From: Octopus vulgaris
Lineage: Eukaryota
Direction: 5' to 3'
Assembly: GCA_951406725.2 (NCBI GenBank)
Contig: OX597838.1
Coordinates: 26,660,001-26,724,000, forward strand
DNA: 64,000 nucleotides
Part shown: piece after piece, positions 48,933 to 61,592 of the stretch
How positions within the stretch are numbered: the first letter of the stretch is position 1
Layout of the letters: the number at the start of each line of letters is the position of its first letter
Notes under the pieces: generated by a model
The model's input: the letters and a program-made list of their open reading frames with translations, nothing else
The model's database searches: none
What the model was told of the DNA's origin: nothing
Made by a program: the position numbers and the translations under genes

Positions 48933-51510
48933 CTAACAGAAATACCCGGCATTGCTTGAGTTAAAGAAAATAGTCCAACCCATACTAGCATGGAAAGCGG
49001 ACGTTAAACGATGATGAATGAAATTTTAAAATGTTGTCTAGATTATGCAGATGCCAACTGTTAGTAGCTGAGATACCAATTTTCTACATTAATAACTCTC
49101 CAACCCATGCCAGCATGGAACATCATCATTGTTTAACGTCCGCTTTCCATGCTAGCATGGGTTGGACGATTTGACTGGAGACTAGCGAACCAGATGGCTG
49201 CACCAGGCTCCAATCTTGATCTGGCAGAGTTTCTACAGCTGGATGCCCTTCCTAATTCCAACCACTCTGAGAGTGAAGTGGGTGCTTTTATGTGCCACCG
49301 GCACGAGGGCGATACTGGCAACGGCCACGATCATATGGTGTTTTTTTACGTGCCACTTGCACAGGAGCCAGTCCAGCAGCACTGGCAACGACCTTGCTTG
49401 AATGTTTTTTCATGTGCCAGTAAAGCGATGCTGGTAATGATCACGCTTGAATGGTGCTTTTTACATGCCACCGATAGACATTAATTGAAATGTTAAAAGG
49501 AAGTTTTCAATTCATATACATATATATAAAGTAAATACATGTAATTCAAAAATACGTTTTGTGTAGCTTATTTCGTAACCAAAAAACAGGTACAGATTAT
49601 AAACAATGAAAGGCTGTGCATAGAGTACACACACACACAAACAGACAGTGAATATATCACATTGTTTCACTTTTATACACACAGATATACATTCATGCAG
49701 GTCAGTTGAAAAGTGAAAGTGTAATAGTAATATTTACTTTAACACTCAATGGTTTTACACGTCTGTACATGACATGGACCTACTAATCATGTAAGTGCTT
49801 CTTCATATACTGTGTTTTCTGTCTTCCCGTGTTTATCACTGAGAATGTAGAGGTTCTTTTTATCTCCAGCTCTAGAACATCCAACATACAGCTGACCATG
49901 TGAGAAGCAAGGTTGAAGGAGGTTAAGTCCCACCACCTTTAGAGAGAGACTGACCTTGTGCTTTGTTGATAGACTTTGCAAAGCTAAGTTTGACAGGAAA
50001 CTGCAGTCTCTTGAACTGAAAGAAGAGATCATTTGAGATGAGAGGTATCCTTGGAATGAATACATTCTCACCCATCTCACCTGTAATTATTGTTGCTTCC
50101 AACACCTGGGGCATGGCTGTTTTAGCAACCAACCTTGTTCCATTGCAGAGTCTGGGTGCATCAAGGTTTCTTAATAGCATTATGGGAGCACCTGTTTTCA
50201 TGATCAGCATGTGTGGTGGCTAACCCCGGTGGCTGATGTGAATTGAAGAACTCCACTGAGTAATGCATTGCCTGTTCTTGATGAGGGACAGAGTCAATTG
50301 ATCTGTATGAACATTCAGGCCCTGGAAGCTGAGATAACAAATTTAGATTCAGCTTGTCTACAGCATCATTCCTTGCTGCCAGAATTGTTCTTTCACATTG
50401 CCACTTGTGACTTTTATAGTTTGTTGCAGTGTTTGGAAACACCTTGCTCTTCAGTTCTTCAAGGGAGGCAGTCATTGCCACATGAAAGGTGGTGCAGACT
50501 ATCTTCTGGATCTTGTGGAAGTTTCCCATTTCCAATGTCAAGTAACTTGTTGGAGAACTGTGCAGCTAATGGGTCACCATGAATGTGAACCCTCATGTTG
50601 GTTGTTGAGGGAGCTGCTTGACATGTTACCAGCATGCTTCCCTTTCTGCAGCCGTCTCTCTTTCCATAGACAGAGACATTCTTTTGGCTCACCTTCATAT
50701 TGTAGATAAATTCGACACTTTCCTTCTAAGCATGGTTATATACGATACACAAATACATGAGTGCAGAAGATAGTAAACAATGAAAATAACTTGGAAATGG
50801 AAATTATGTTTCTTAATACGATGGGCAGAAGATAAATAAGAAATTTTAATGGAAAATGAAGTATTGTACAGGTTGAAGCGAAATTTGTCACTCACTGAAC
50901 CAAAGAGCCAGTATTGAAGGAACCAGAAAGAGAACCGTCAACAACAGAAAGACACAAAACACGAAAGTGAAATTTATGAAGATACTTCTGTCAGTATATT
51001 ATGAAATTACTTACATCAGTAATTGTGAACTTATTTCTGTTCGTAATTTGTCATTGTTTGTTTGTAAATAGCGATTGCAAACTTAAACTTACAGTAAAAA
51101 CAATAACGATTAAAGTTAAAGTGTAAAAGCAATGAGGTCTGAAAATTGAAAGTGAAAACAATAGTGAGAGAGGGAGAGAGAGCTAGCTAGTTAGACAAAT
51201 AAGAGAAATATAGATAGATAGCTATAGTTACATAAGATATAAACAGATAGAGAGACTGAGAGAGATAGATAAAGAGATTTGTTATGTCACTGACACTAGA
51301 AAACAGGAAGTAAATATTTAAAAAACTTTCAAAGACCTGAATGTAATATAAAAAGCAATATTTTTTATTTTTAATAAAAAAAAAATCAAATGAAGAGCCT
51401 ATAATTTGTCCGAGGTCAAATTATTCATGCATCACAAGTATGGAAGCAATTGGTGAAGATGTTTTTGTGTAAAAAGTGAATACACACATTTGTTTTATAC
51501 ATTAAATAAA
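48933..51510 (-). mobile_element. Deleted Helitron retaining the PIF1-like helicase C-terminus (49787-50700)
   Basis: Frameshifted ORFs: NMRVH...FSNKLLDIGNG; ERTILAARNDAVDKLN; [21 protein letters not shown]...IPRIP...[24 protein letters not shown]; CFSHGQLYVGCSR...TENTVYEEAL*. A 3' hairpin (ctcaagcaatgccggg) and GTTAG end lie at ~48933-48960. The 5' limit is approximate; family D repeats are inserted at ~48980-49480. Confidence 0.88.
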
Positions 51511-51974
51511 TATAATTATGAATCAAATTGCTGTTATTGTTGTTGTTATTTAGACCCAGGTAAGTCTATCATTGAGCAAACCTATAATTAAAGGTATTCC
51601 AGATATGCCCATCCATTCTTGTTTCAGGCATTGTGCATTTAAGAATGCATTATCCAAGGTGTTCTTCATTTTTCAAGATTGTAGGATGTGGTTTTAAGGA
51701 GGTTTGGTTGCTATTCCTAGCAAGTCAAAGAAGCAATGTAGCAACTCTCTCATTGTCTCAGTTGCATGAAATGGATAACCAATGTGTAGTAGTGGCTATC
51801 ATCAATTTCCTTTGCTTATATAGATAACACAGGGCATGACCCTGAGAATTCAGAAATAACAACAACAAAAAAAATACACACCCAACCAAATCAAATACTA
51901 AAAACAAAGAACAATGACCCTGCACCCTCACCTCTACATCAGACATAGAAAAAACAAAAAGAAACAAAAAAACC

Positions 51975-52340
51975 TTTAAAACTTGGGTTGCAGTGGGTGT
52001 CCAACATCCTCTGGCCCACAGATATGCTGTGTTTCCTCACTCTGCCTCTTCTGTTGTAACTACAGTGGCCTCTGGTCCTTCAGTCCTGTCGGTCCTTCTC
52101 GGCTCACTATTTTTGTCACCCATATTGTGTCCATCCTATGCCCCACACGCCTAGGACATCCACTGACTATTTTACAATTTTACCCAGTCCTTCCTCTCTA
52201 AAGTCAACCCTCTGGTATCCATCCCTCTTCTCATGTTTTCCTTGCAGACATCAGCTTGTGGATGTCTATGCTAAACATCACCAACATCTCTCTTACAGGT
52301 CTTGGAGGGCCTACACAAACCAAGAGGACATCCATTTCCT
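51975..52340 (-). mobile_element. Highly degenerate LINE 3'-end fragment
   Basis: Minus strand gives, with frameshifts, RMDTIWVTKIVS...RPRG(H), resembling the RTE-type W.GHV.RMD...G.RPRGRP tail. Confidence 0.35.
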
Positions 52341-52409
52341 TCAGTTTTAGGTAACCTGGATAAGCTTGAAGTGATGTGCCTATATGCACATTACCTCAAG
52401 CTTATCCAG

Positions 52410-53082
52410 GTTTCCATGGTGTATGAGCAACTGGAAGTACAATACTCCCTTTCCCTTGAATGGGACTCCAACCCCACCATGGGATTAACTCTCAGCACTA
52501 GGCTGATAGTCCCTCTCCTTTCTGATCAGGACTTCAGTTCCTCTGAAGGTTAGCTCTCAGTACGAGATTGGTACCCTCTCTTCCTTGAAAGAGACTCCTG
52601 TTTTCCTGAGGATTAACTCTCAGCACTAGGATAGTACTCCCTCTCCCTTTTAAACGAAACTCCAGTTCCTCTGAGAGTTAACTCTCAGCATGAGGTTGGT
52701 ACTCCCTCTCCCCTGATCGGAACTCTAGTTCCTCTGAGGGTTAACACCAAGAATATGGCTGGGACACCTTCTCTCCTGAACAGGATGTCAGTCTCACATA
52801 GGATTAATTCCCAGACTAAGCTGATATTCCTTCCCACCAGAAACAGAATACCAGCCCGTCATGGGGCTAATCCCCAGTACTAGGCTGCTATTCTCTCTCT
52901 CCCCTCTAAACGGGACTTCAATCCCTCACAGGGTTAACCTATGCTGTTACTGGTATGTATTTTCAGCTGATTGGAAAAGAGCAATATGAAATGAAGCATT
53001 TTGCTAAAAGACACAACACAGTCGGCCCTGACAACTATGCCTTTAAGATTGTGAGTCCAACATAATAACCACTAAGCCATGG
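52410..53082. repeat. Degenerate ~64-bp tandem array (about 8 units) amplified inside a minus-strand SINE
   Basis: ttaactctcagc-like starts at ~52485, 52550, 52614, 52678, 52741, 52804, 52868 and 52934. It continues into ttttcagctga...gagcaatatgaaatgaag...acacaac and a reverse tRNA-like head. Confidence 0.75.
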
Positions 53083-53172
53083 ATCATTGCTTCCTTGGAA
53101 ACAAACCATGACGAAAATAATTTTTAAATGTTTGGAAAATGTAAATCAAAGAAACAAACAGGTGTGGCTCAC

Positions 53173-53269
53173 CTTTGTAATGACATCGACATGGATCATG
53201 TTTATCCAAATAATTTTCTAAAGTATCCCAACCACCACCAACACGCACCATCACATGGTTCCGTAATAT
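53173..53269 (-). CDS. GAS2-like gene, coding exon for the C-terminal half of the GAR domain
   Basis: Acceptor ccttttttcag, 97 nt encoding [32 protein letters not shown] plus G, donor gtgag; phase 0/1. [14 protein letters not shown].(H/N)[10 protein letters not shown] is typical of GAS2/GAS2L/Pigs rather than spectraplakins ([11 protein letters not shown]). Confidence 0.96.
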
Positions 53270-53504
53270 CTGAAAAAAGGAAAGATGATTTACATAAGGG
53301 TGATGCAAGAGCCAACATAATAATGATAGGGAACACAAAACACCTCCAGTGTTTGAAAATGATCACATCTTATTCCTTTAGAACCTTACAGTTCAAACTG
53401 ACAGAAAAATAGATGCAAATAGGACAGACAGTACATTGAAGGATTTCAGACAAAAATCATGCCTCCTCATCGATATGACTGTCCCAATTAGCATAAATGT
53501 ATCT

Positions 53505-53721
53505 TAACCCTTTCATTACTGTATTTATTTTGAGATGCTCTGTGTTTCTTTCAATTACTTTAAATATAACAAAGAATTTAGTAAAATTACTTAGTTATCA
53601 TTTAGCTAGTGTTAGGAACATAAATTGTGACTTAGGTTTGGTGGAAGATTTTAATTCAAAACTTATGAAAACAAGACATTTGTACTCAGAGCCAGAGCCG
53701 GGTTGGTAACGAAAGGGTTAA
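53505..53721. mobile_element. piggyBac-like MITE in the short intron between the two GAR exons
   Basis: ttaa-ccctttcattac ... gtaacgaaaggg-ttaa: TTAA on both sides and a CCC-start TIR. Confidence 0.85.
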
Positions 53722-53777
53722 TAATAATAATGATATGAGAGAAACTGAGAGAGAGTAAAATTTTTGTTTAAACTTAC

Positions 53778-53885
53778 CCGTACAAATATTAAAGTCTGTG
53801 AATCACCAATTTTATATTTTCCTTCGCCAACTTTTATAATTGGAAACTGTGATGGACAAGTGCATTTTCCTACTAATTCTCGCAC
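53778..53885 (-). CDS. GAS2-like (Pigs/GAS2L-type) gene, coding exon for the N-terminal half of the GAR domain
   Basis: Minus strand: acceptor ttttatgttgtgtag, 108 nt encoding [36 protein letters not shown], donor gtaagt; phase 0/0. The CxC...F....V.EGKY.IGDS..LIFVR pattern is the GAS2-family GAR motif. Not in the ORF track. Confidence 0.95.
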
Positions 53886-54187
53886 CTACACAACATAAAA
53901 AAGTGAAAGACATACTGTTAGAAATTGTGACAATAACACAAAATTGAAGGATTAACAAAAATAATTAAAATTATGAATTTTGTTTATTTTCTTGTCTTTT
54001 TTTCTTTTGGCCACAAGTGACCAAGATGTTTGAGAGACAAACTAAGGTTGGAATACATAATTATATTAAAGCCTTTTACTGCAGAATTAAAATATATCCA
54101 CTCAAAATTTTATTACCATTAACTGCGGAAAGCAGTTTTATACACCAATCCATTTTTCGTTGAGGAATGCCTTGTATGAAACGATTG

Positions 54188-54576
54188 GGATCTTTTCGGT
54201 TTGAACGGCAGTTTTGTCTAGCGGTGTCATATGAAATTGTCACCCATAATTATGACCCTAGTATCGATCTGTTTGCATTTCAATTTGTTTTAGGGTTAGG
54301 GGTGGGGGGAAGGGTATCTTTTTTTCAGAAATGTAAATAAACCCAATCTGTTTCTTAAACGAAGGACATATTCATACGGCACAGAATGTTTTCACCTCAA
54401 TAGACGTCATTGATTGGTTGAAATTGCAGAAATTGAAGAAGAAAAAAAACAACAAATATCTTACAAACTATAGAATTTTCTCAATAAAGCCAAGAGAAAA
54501 AGATGTTTTATAAACACATTCTACCAGTATACGTGGAAATTATTTTAAAAAACTGCCGTTCAAACCGAAAAGATAC
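54188..54576. mobile_element. MITE with 28-bp TIRs and 8-bp TSD (Merlin-like by its GG terminus; superfamily inferred)
   Basis: ggatcttttcggtttgaacggcagtttt / aaaactgccgttcaaaccgaaaagatac; TSD aacgattg at 54180-54187 and 54577-54584. Confidence 0.88.
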
Positions 54577-55239
54577 AACGATTGTTGTGACATATCAATT
54601 TTATTGAGACAACGTAGCTTGACGATGAAAGCAATCCCATCTTTCGATAGATATTTAAGACCAAAACTGGAAATAACCAGGAAATTTCATTTTGCAGTTA
54701 AAAGGTTACCGCTTCTGTGCTGGTGTTATAGTCTCGCCGAAGGGAGACCACTCTTTAACGGAACAAGTTACTTCCCTTGACAAACTTCCAAGCTTTAAAA
54801 TATTTAATATTACGCAAGTGTATTAAGTGAAATAAATTATCTTGCACTTCTGTCGAACACAAAGGTGAAAGGTGAAAGATTAAGTGCTGTTTCCGTTGAC
54901 AGAAGGATTTAAAAGATAACAACATTAAACCTGAGTAATTAATAAGATCGCTGTCAGTTTTGACGAGACGAGTGCAATATACGGCTTGGTATTTGGGCGA
55001 GTATTCATCGAGGACGTGAGAATGGATTTTAGCATTTCTAAGTAGGGTGTCTTTGCTATGAAGGAGAGGAAAATTGGGCTGAGATGCGAGGAATTGAGGT
55101 TTCTCTACTGGTGGAGGATATGAAGCAATCTGATAAAGGAACCAATTACAAGAGTTTAAGAAACTGAAGAGCATAAAGGCCAAAATGGATAAAAGAGAGA
55201 AAATAAAATAAAGAAAATACACAAAATATATTCTTGTAT

Positions 55240-55632
55240 TCTTTTATTTGTTTCAGCCGTTTGACTGCGGCCATGCTGGAGCACCGCCTTAAAGGCTTTT
55301 TAGGCGAAGAAATCGACCCTAGGGATTATTCTTGTATGCCTAGTACTTATTCTGTTGGTCGCTTTTCCTGGACTTCTAAGTTACAGGGACGTAATCACAC
55401 CAACGTCGGTTGTCAAGCGATGGTGGAGGGACAAACACAGACATATAAACACACACACACACACACACACAAAATGGGTTTCTTTCAGTTTCCGGTTACC
55501 AAATCCACTCACAAGAACTTTGACCCAAGACTATAAAGAAAACACTTGCCCAAGGTGCCATGCAGTGGGACTGAACCTGGAACCATGTGGTTCAGAAGCA
55601 AGCTTCTTACCACACAGCCATGTCCCTGTGCC
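55240..55632 (-). mobile_element. SINE family A
   Basis: Family A consensus on the reverse strand. Confidence 0.88.
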
Positions 55633-55950
55633 TATGCACACAACCAGAAAGAAATGAAATAAAGAAAATATATAAATGAATAAAAGAATATATTGTAAAC
55701 AAGGAAAGAAAATATATAAATAAAGCAAATAAAACAAAGGCCACATCCAAGAAAGAATGAACAATGCAACCAAAAAAGGAAATAAAAATAAATTGTGGCA
55801 GAGCATCGGAAATGCTGTTGTAGCTGTCTACTCCAGCATTGTCTTGCTCATTCAATGCCATGCGGGTATCATCAAGTAGAACACTCGGCAAAGAAAACCA
55901 GCAGAATCAGGAAGATTATTGCTGTGCAGATATAGAACAGCCACCAAACA

Positions 55951-55982
<32 letters not shown>

Positions 55983-55989
55983 GGAAATG

Positions 55990-56820
55990 GAAGCACTCCG
56001 TCGGTTACGACGACGAGGGTTCCGGTTGATCCGAATCAACAGAACAGCCTGCTTGTGAAATTAACGTGTAAGTGGCTGAGCACTCCACAGACATGTGTAG
56101 CCTTAAAGTAGTTCTCGGGGGGGGGGGGGGGATATTCAGCGTGACAAGGCCGGCCCTTTGAAATACAGGTACAACAACAGAAACAGGAAGAAAGAGTGAG
56201 AGAAAGTTGTGGTGAAAGAGTACAGCAGGGATCACCACCATCCCTGCCGGAGCCTCGTGGAGTTTAAGATGTTTTCGCTCAATAAACACTCACAACGCCC
56301 GGTCTGGGAATCAAAACCGCGATCCTACGACCGCGAGTCCGCTGCCCTAACCACTGGGCCATTGCACCTCCACAATAATAATAATAATGATATTTTAAAA
56401 TTTTAATAACAACAGCAATAATAATAATGGTTTCAAATTTTCCCACAAGAGCAGCAATTTCAGGGGGAGGGGATCAGTCGGATTACATTGACCCCCAGTA
56501 TTAAATTGGTGCTTATTTTATCGATCACAAAATGATGAAAGGTAAAGTCGACCTTGGTGGAATTTGAACTCTGAATGTAAAGATAGATGAAATACTGCTA
56601 AGCATTTTGCCCGACGTGCTACCAGTTCTACCAGCTTGCTGCCTTAATAATAATAATAATAATGGTTTCAAATTTTTTATTTCTTCATTGCCCACAAGGG
56701 GCTAAACACAGAGGGGACAGACAAAGGGATAAAGTTGATTACACCAACTCCAGTGTGTAACTGGTACTTAATTCATTGACCTTGAAAGGATGAAAGGCAA
56801 AGTTGACCATGGCGGAATTT
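55990..56820 (-). mobile_element. SINE cluster: chimeric family C/other copy (55990-56373) and two family B copies
   Basis: Matches to 17960-18100, 12610-12783 and the family B core, separated by (TAA)n. Confidence 0.75.
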
Positions 56821-56919
56821 ATTATTTAAGCTTGCATCAATTCTTCCATGATGTTGTTTCCCATTTATAATAAAATAAATGTATACAAATTCCAAAATAT
56901 AAAAAAATATACAGTACAG

Positions 56920-57673
56920 AGACGTAGGAGTGGCTGTGTGGTAAGTAGCTTGCTAACCAACCACATGGTTCCGGGTTCAGTCCCACTATAGCCCCGGGCC
57001 GACCAATGCCTTGTGAGTGGATTTGGTAGACGGAAACTGAAAGAAGCCTGTCGTATATATGTATATATATATATATGTGTGTGTGTGTTTGTGTTTGTAC
57101 CCCTAGCATTGCTTGACAACCGATACTGGTGTATTTACGTCCCCGTCACTTAGCAGTTCGGCAAAAGAGACCGATAGAATAAGTACTGGGCTTACAAAGA
57201 ATAAGTCCCGGGGTCGATTTGCTCGACTAAAGGCGGTGCTCCAGCATGGCCGCAGTCAAATGACTGAAACAAGTAAAAGAGTATAAAAGAGTATAGAGAC
57301 GTAGGAGTGGCTGTGTGGTACGTAGCTTGCTTACCAACCACATGGTCCCAGGTTCAGTCCCACTGCATGGCACCTTGGGCAAGTGTCTTCTACTATAGCG
57401 TCGGGCCAACCAAAGCCTTGTGAGTGGATTTGTTAGACGGAAACTGAAAGAAGCCCGTTGTGTATATATATATATATATATGTACGTATGTATATGTTTG
57501 TGTATCTGAGCTTGTCCCCCCAACATCGCTTTCCAACCAATGCTGGTGTGCTTTACGTCTCCGTAACTTAGCGGTTCGGCAAAAGAAACTGATAGAATAA
57601 GTACTAGGCTTAATTAGCTCAACTAAAAAAGGCAGTGCTCCAGCATGGCCACAGTCAAATGACTGAAACAAGT
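56920..57673 (+). mobile_element. Two tandem SINE family A copies inserted into a pogo/Tigger-like MITE
   Basis: Copies at 56920-57282 and 57297-57673. Flanks 56815-56918 and 57673-57744 match the intact MITE at 58266-58488; atacagta occurs on both sides. Confidence 0.85.
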
Positions 57674-58208
57674 AATACAGTATCATTAGCAAATTATCGT
57701 GGGGGTTTTGGAACATAACATCCGCAATAGTCAAAGGATTACTGTATATGGTGGAAACCAACTCATGTCCAATTATGTAAACTTCCTAAACTCAGTAAGG
57801 ACTTGTAAATGTTCCCAGAGTCCAAGAAGTTCCTGTGCAAGAATTTGTTTTGAGTGGGTGAAGTGTTGCACAGTGCTGAACCAATTTGCAGTGGAATCAG
57901 CTATAAAACCAGTGGCAGAACAGAGGTTGAGATGATCAGAAACCAGCTGCACTTAAGGAATCTCATTTGGGTTTACCTTCTAGAAGGAGCTTCTAACAAG
58001 AACTAGAGGTCCTTCACTCCCAGTATATATATCGTCATCCTACTCATCATTGTCATTTAATGTCCATCTGTCATGCTGACATGGGTTGGACGGTTTGACA
58101 GGAGTGGCAAGCCAGAAGGCTGCACCAGGCACCAGTTGTCTGTTTTGGCATGAGTTCTATGGCTGGATGCCCCTCCTAATACCAACCACTTTATGTGGTG
58201 CCAGCACA

Positions 58209-58259
<51 letters not shown>

Positions 58260-58265
58260 TATACA

Positions 58266-58486
58266 CAGTAATTCCTTGCCATATCACGGTTCACCTTTTG
58301 GAGTTTATTATTTAAGCTTACATCGATTTCTCCGTGGTGTTGTTTTGCAGTTATAATAAAATAAATATAGACAAATTATGAAAATAATTTTAAAATATAT
58401 ACAGTACAGTACTGTTTCTGCTTCACGGATTTTCACTTATTGTGGGGTGTTTTGGAACGTAACACCAGTGATATTCGAGGGATTAC

Positions 58487-58488
<2 letters not shown>
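58266..58488. mobile_element. pogo/Tigger-like MITE
   Basis: TIRs cagtaattccttgccatatcac / gtgatattcgagggattactg (CAGT start), lying in TA/CA microsatellite. Confidence 0.75.
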
Positions 58489-58568
<80 letters not shown>

Positions 58569-60083
58569 AATAGATAGATGCGTAAATACATAAACAGACA
58601 GATACACAATACACACACACATATATATAACAGACAAACAGCAGATAAATGAAAAGGAAAACTCACTGAGTACATATTGTGTGAGGATTAAATATTTATA
58701 TTAACAGTTTGACTTGGATATGCATTACTAAAAGTTTTACAGGTCCCAAAATATCTCATCTGATTCCGTTTCAATGCTTACTGTGTCTCTGTGTATATAT
58801 GTGTGTATATATATGTGTGTGTGTGCGTGCGTGTCCCAACAATACCAAAAATATTTAAAAAAAAAAAGGATAAAGAAAACCCTAAATGTAGTGGGTAAGG
58901 GGGGTAAAAACCCTTGAACTATTTATTATGCTCCAGTTATCTTATGAAGGAACACCTTGAAATAGTCCTGACCTGAAAATCCTAACAACCATCTGCTGAC
59001 AAGCCTCAGTTAGTTTGAAGAGGTCTGGTCAACATCTGATTTTCACTTTTTGGGGTGCTTTTTAGGGGTTTTTTCTTTTGATTCCTTAAAGTGTTTGTTT
59101 GTTTTGTTTGTAACTTTTATTTATTCAGATTCTAGATAAGCGTAATTTGATCTGGTGTCTGTTTAAGTGTTTGTGTACATGTGTGTGAGTGTGTGTGATA
59201 ATTATATAAATATATTTATATATGTGGCTGTGTGGTTAAGATGTATGCTTCTCAAAACCATGTGGTTTTGAGTTCAGTCCCACTGTGTGGAAACCTTGGG
59301 CAAGCATCTTCTACAATAGCCCTTGTGGGTGGATTTGATAAACAGAAAATGAAAGTATGTGTGTGTATGTGCGTATATATACACACACACACACACATAC
59401 AACATGTATGTGTGTATATGCATACACACATATTTATATATGAATATATGTATGTGTGTATATGCATGGGAGAGAGAGAGAGGGAGTAATACACAAACCC
59501 TTGTGTAATACACAGGAAAAATGATATTTATTTCAGCTTCCTTGTAATAATTCTTAATATTTTTGTTTCAATCCCTCTTCCATTTTCTTCCCGTTTCCCC
59601 TTCTGTCTTCTTTCAGTTATTTTTATTAGCTTGCCCTCACTTACTCTCCTTTATTATTTATTCTCAATGACAAAGTGGCCGGCTGGCAGAATTGATAGCC
59701 CACTGGATAAAACACTTAGTAGTGTTTTGCCCATTCTGAGTTCAAATTCTGCCAAAGTCATCTTTTCCTTTTATCCTTTTGAGGTTGATGAAATAAAGTA
59801 CCAGCGGAGCACTGGGGTCAAAGTAACCAACTGGCCCCCTCCCTCAATATTTCAGGCTTTGTACTTAGAGTACAAAAGATTATTCTCAATAAGTTATTCA
59901 TATATTTTATGATTTCTGCTCTTCATCTCTGTATAGACAGATGTTATTTAATCATGTTACTTCAACCGTGAAATTGTACAGGCCTGGGCAAGACATTTTA
60001 AAGACGATTGGCAGTTACTCATGCGTGCAAGTTTTCTCTTTCTATGTCACTGGTTTCATCCAAAGCAATGACCACCACACATG

Positions 60084-60380
60084 TGGAGGCATATGGCCAA
60101 GTGGTTAGAGCAGCGGACTCGCGGTCGAGGGATCGCGGGTTCGAATCTCAGACCGGGCGATGTGTGTGTTTATGAGTGCAACACCTAAGCTCCCTGCGGC
60201 TCCGGCAGAAAGTAATGGCGAACTTCTGCTGACTCATTCGCCACAACTTTCTCCCACTCTTTCCTCCTGCATCTTGCAGTTCACCTGTGACGGACCGGTG
60301 TCCCGTCCAGGTGGGGAACCTATACACCAAGGAAACCGGCCCTTATGAGCCAGGCGTGGCTCGAGAAGGAACAAACAAAG
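60084..60380 (+). mobile_element. SINE related to family C (tRNA-like head)
   Basis: ggaggcatatggccaagtggttagagcagcggactcgcggtcgagggatcgcgggttcgaatctc, followed by a SINE body rather than a terminator. Confidence 0.8.
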
Positions 60381-60649
60381 ACCACCACATTGGTGCCTAT
60401 ACAGCTTGGCATCAGTACCACTACAGGTATTGATATCAAAATTCATTCATTCACTGGCAGTCTGGATGCTACATCACACACACGTCTAAACTGCTATACT
60501 ACAACACATATAACCACTTACTACATACCAGGCATGTACCATCAGTAATTACTCAGGGTAGGCAGTTGGTGATATTTATGTAGTAAAACACATAAAAAAA
60601 ATGAGCAAAATACAGCTGCGTGACTGAGTTGAAGGCAGATTTACTTGAA

Positions 60650-61065
60650 GGCGGCGAGCTGGCAGAAACGTTAGCATGCCAGGCGAAATGCTTAGCGGTA
60701 TTTCGTCTGCCGTTACGTTCTGAGTTCAAATTCTGCCGAGGTCGACTTTGCCTTTCATCCTTTTGGGGTCGATAAATTAAGTACCAGTAACGCACTGGGG
60801 GTCGGTGTAATCGACTTAATCCCTTTGTCTGTCCTTGTTTGTCCGCTCTGTGTTTAGCCCCTTGTGGGTAATAAAGAAATAGGTATTTCATCTGCCGTTA
60901 TGTTCTGAGTTCAAATTCTGCCGAGGTCGACTTTGCCTTTCATCCTTTTGGGGTCGATAAATTAAGTACCAGTTACACACTGGGGTTGATGTAATCGACA
61001 ATTCCTTTGTCTGTCCTTGTTTGTCCCCTCTGTGTGTAGCCCCTTGTGGGCAATAAAGAAGTAAG
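60650..61065 (+). mobile_element. SINE family B with internal duplication
   Basis: ggcggcgagctggcagaaacgttagc head; tctgccgtta.gttctgagttcaaattctgccgaggtcgactttgcctttcatcc occurs at ~60706 and ~60891. Confidence 0.9.
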
Positions 61066-61592
61066 ATTTACTTCTGCCTTTATAACACATAAAGAAAAGA
61101 TAGGAATGTATGCAGCATGTGTACCATGCATAGCTTAAATACTGAGATTGAAAGGCAGGGGTGAATCAAGCCTACCTCATCATCATCATTGTCTAATGTC
61201 CGCTTTCCATGCTAGCATGGGTTGGACGGTTTGACTGAGGACTGGCAAACCAGATGGCTGCACCAGGCTCTAGCAGAGTTTCTACAGCTGGATGCCCTTC
61301 CTAACGCCACCTAATCTACAAAAACATAAAATATTTTGCATTTTATGCACAATAATCAGAGTAACCTGCATAATTCTATTGAATTAGGTCCATATTTTGC
61401 CATAAATGGAAAATGGTGCTATCAATCTATCTTATTCAAGGTAGGCTCTGCCTTCCTTGCCTACCTAAGCGGCATGTCCCTGCTACATACATATTCAGAT
61501 CACTGTATAACATCACATACATGCATGTCTATATCGTCATTAGGGGTCATCTGTACTCAGCAGCTTAAATATCAAGGATCTCTGTTTGGGTC

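Noticed and set aside
49787-50700. Host PIF1 helicase gene
   Set aside because: Multiple frameshifts, no introns and a Helitron-type 3' hairpin; a transposon remnant.
53173-53885. Spectraplakin (Shot/MACF1/dystonin) C-terminus
   Set aside because: The GAR sequence is GAS2-type ([24 protein letters not shown]), no EF-hand or spectrin exons are seen, and the post-GAR tail is very long.
54290-54303. Telomeric TTAGGG repeats (also near 32715)
   Set aside because: Only one or two units, inside a MITE or low-complexity DNA.
54755-55222. 155-aa minus-strand ORF as a possible upstream exon of the GAS2-like gene
   Set aside because: No CH-domain or linker resemblance and no convincing splice sites; probably decayed transposon sequence that I could not classify.
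60084-60160. tRNA gene
   Set aside because: A and B boxes are present, but the acceptor stem does not close and it runs into a multicopy SINE body; it is a SINE head.
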